From assembly GCF_011386835.1 (NCBI RefSeq), contig NC_088809.1:13454001-13518000 (forward strand): DNA of 64,000 bases, in the 5' to 3' direction. The DNA is from Chrysemys picta bellii. Its lineage: Eukaryota. The notes below the pieces were generated by a model. The model was not told where the DNA came from, searched no databases, and was given only the letters and a program-made list of their open reading frames with translations. Of this stretch, positions 63,932 through 64,000 are shown piece after piece. A program made the position numbers and the translations under genes. Within the stretch, counting starts at the first letter, position 1. Each line of letters starts with the position of its first letter.

Positions 63932-64000
63932 AAATAATTATTAATAAAATAACAACCACCCCAAAATGTTTGATTCCACCCATTTGCATATATTACCTGG

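Noticed and set aside
1-64000. CRISPR array, tRNA, rRNA or snRNA genes
   Set aside because: No regularly spaced repeat-spacer array and no recognisable structural RNA gene seen; tRNA-like pieces are only decayed SINE heads.

Overview
Vertebrate non-coding DNA, most likely a turtle; the species is inferred from recalled repeat families, not from a search. It is CpG-depleted, repeat-dense and has one assembly gap (32963-33098). I could not identify any host protein-coding gene, tRNA, rRNA or CRISPR array, so it reads as intergenic or a very large intron. Recognisable coding sequence is all transposon-derived: a young 5'-truncated RTE-clade LINE with an uninterrupted reverse-transcriptase frame (1073-2692, minus), a decayed hAT transposase (17079-19688), a Penelope-like (PLE) GIY-YIG fragment (about 44850-45320, minus) and CR1 fragments (largest about 62355-63462). 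There are many MITEs (hAT with 8-bp TSDs, Harbinger-like with TWA TSDs, Tigger-like with TA) and solo-LTR-like elements. The most interesting signal is a set of PLE-derived mini-insertions carrying minimal hammerhead-ribozyme motifs. One 171-bp element (61228-61398, 10-bp TSD) has a fully intact catalytic core sitting in the loop of a 39-bp hairpin. A 400-bp inverted element (38895-39294, 15-bp TSD) has two opposed hammerheads. A third hammerhead, from another PLE family, is split by a CR1 insertion. Hammerheads in PLEs are known in general; activity of these copies is untested.
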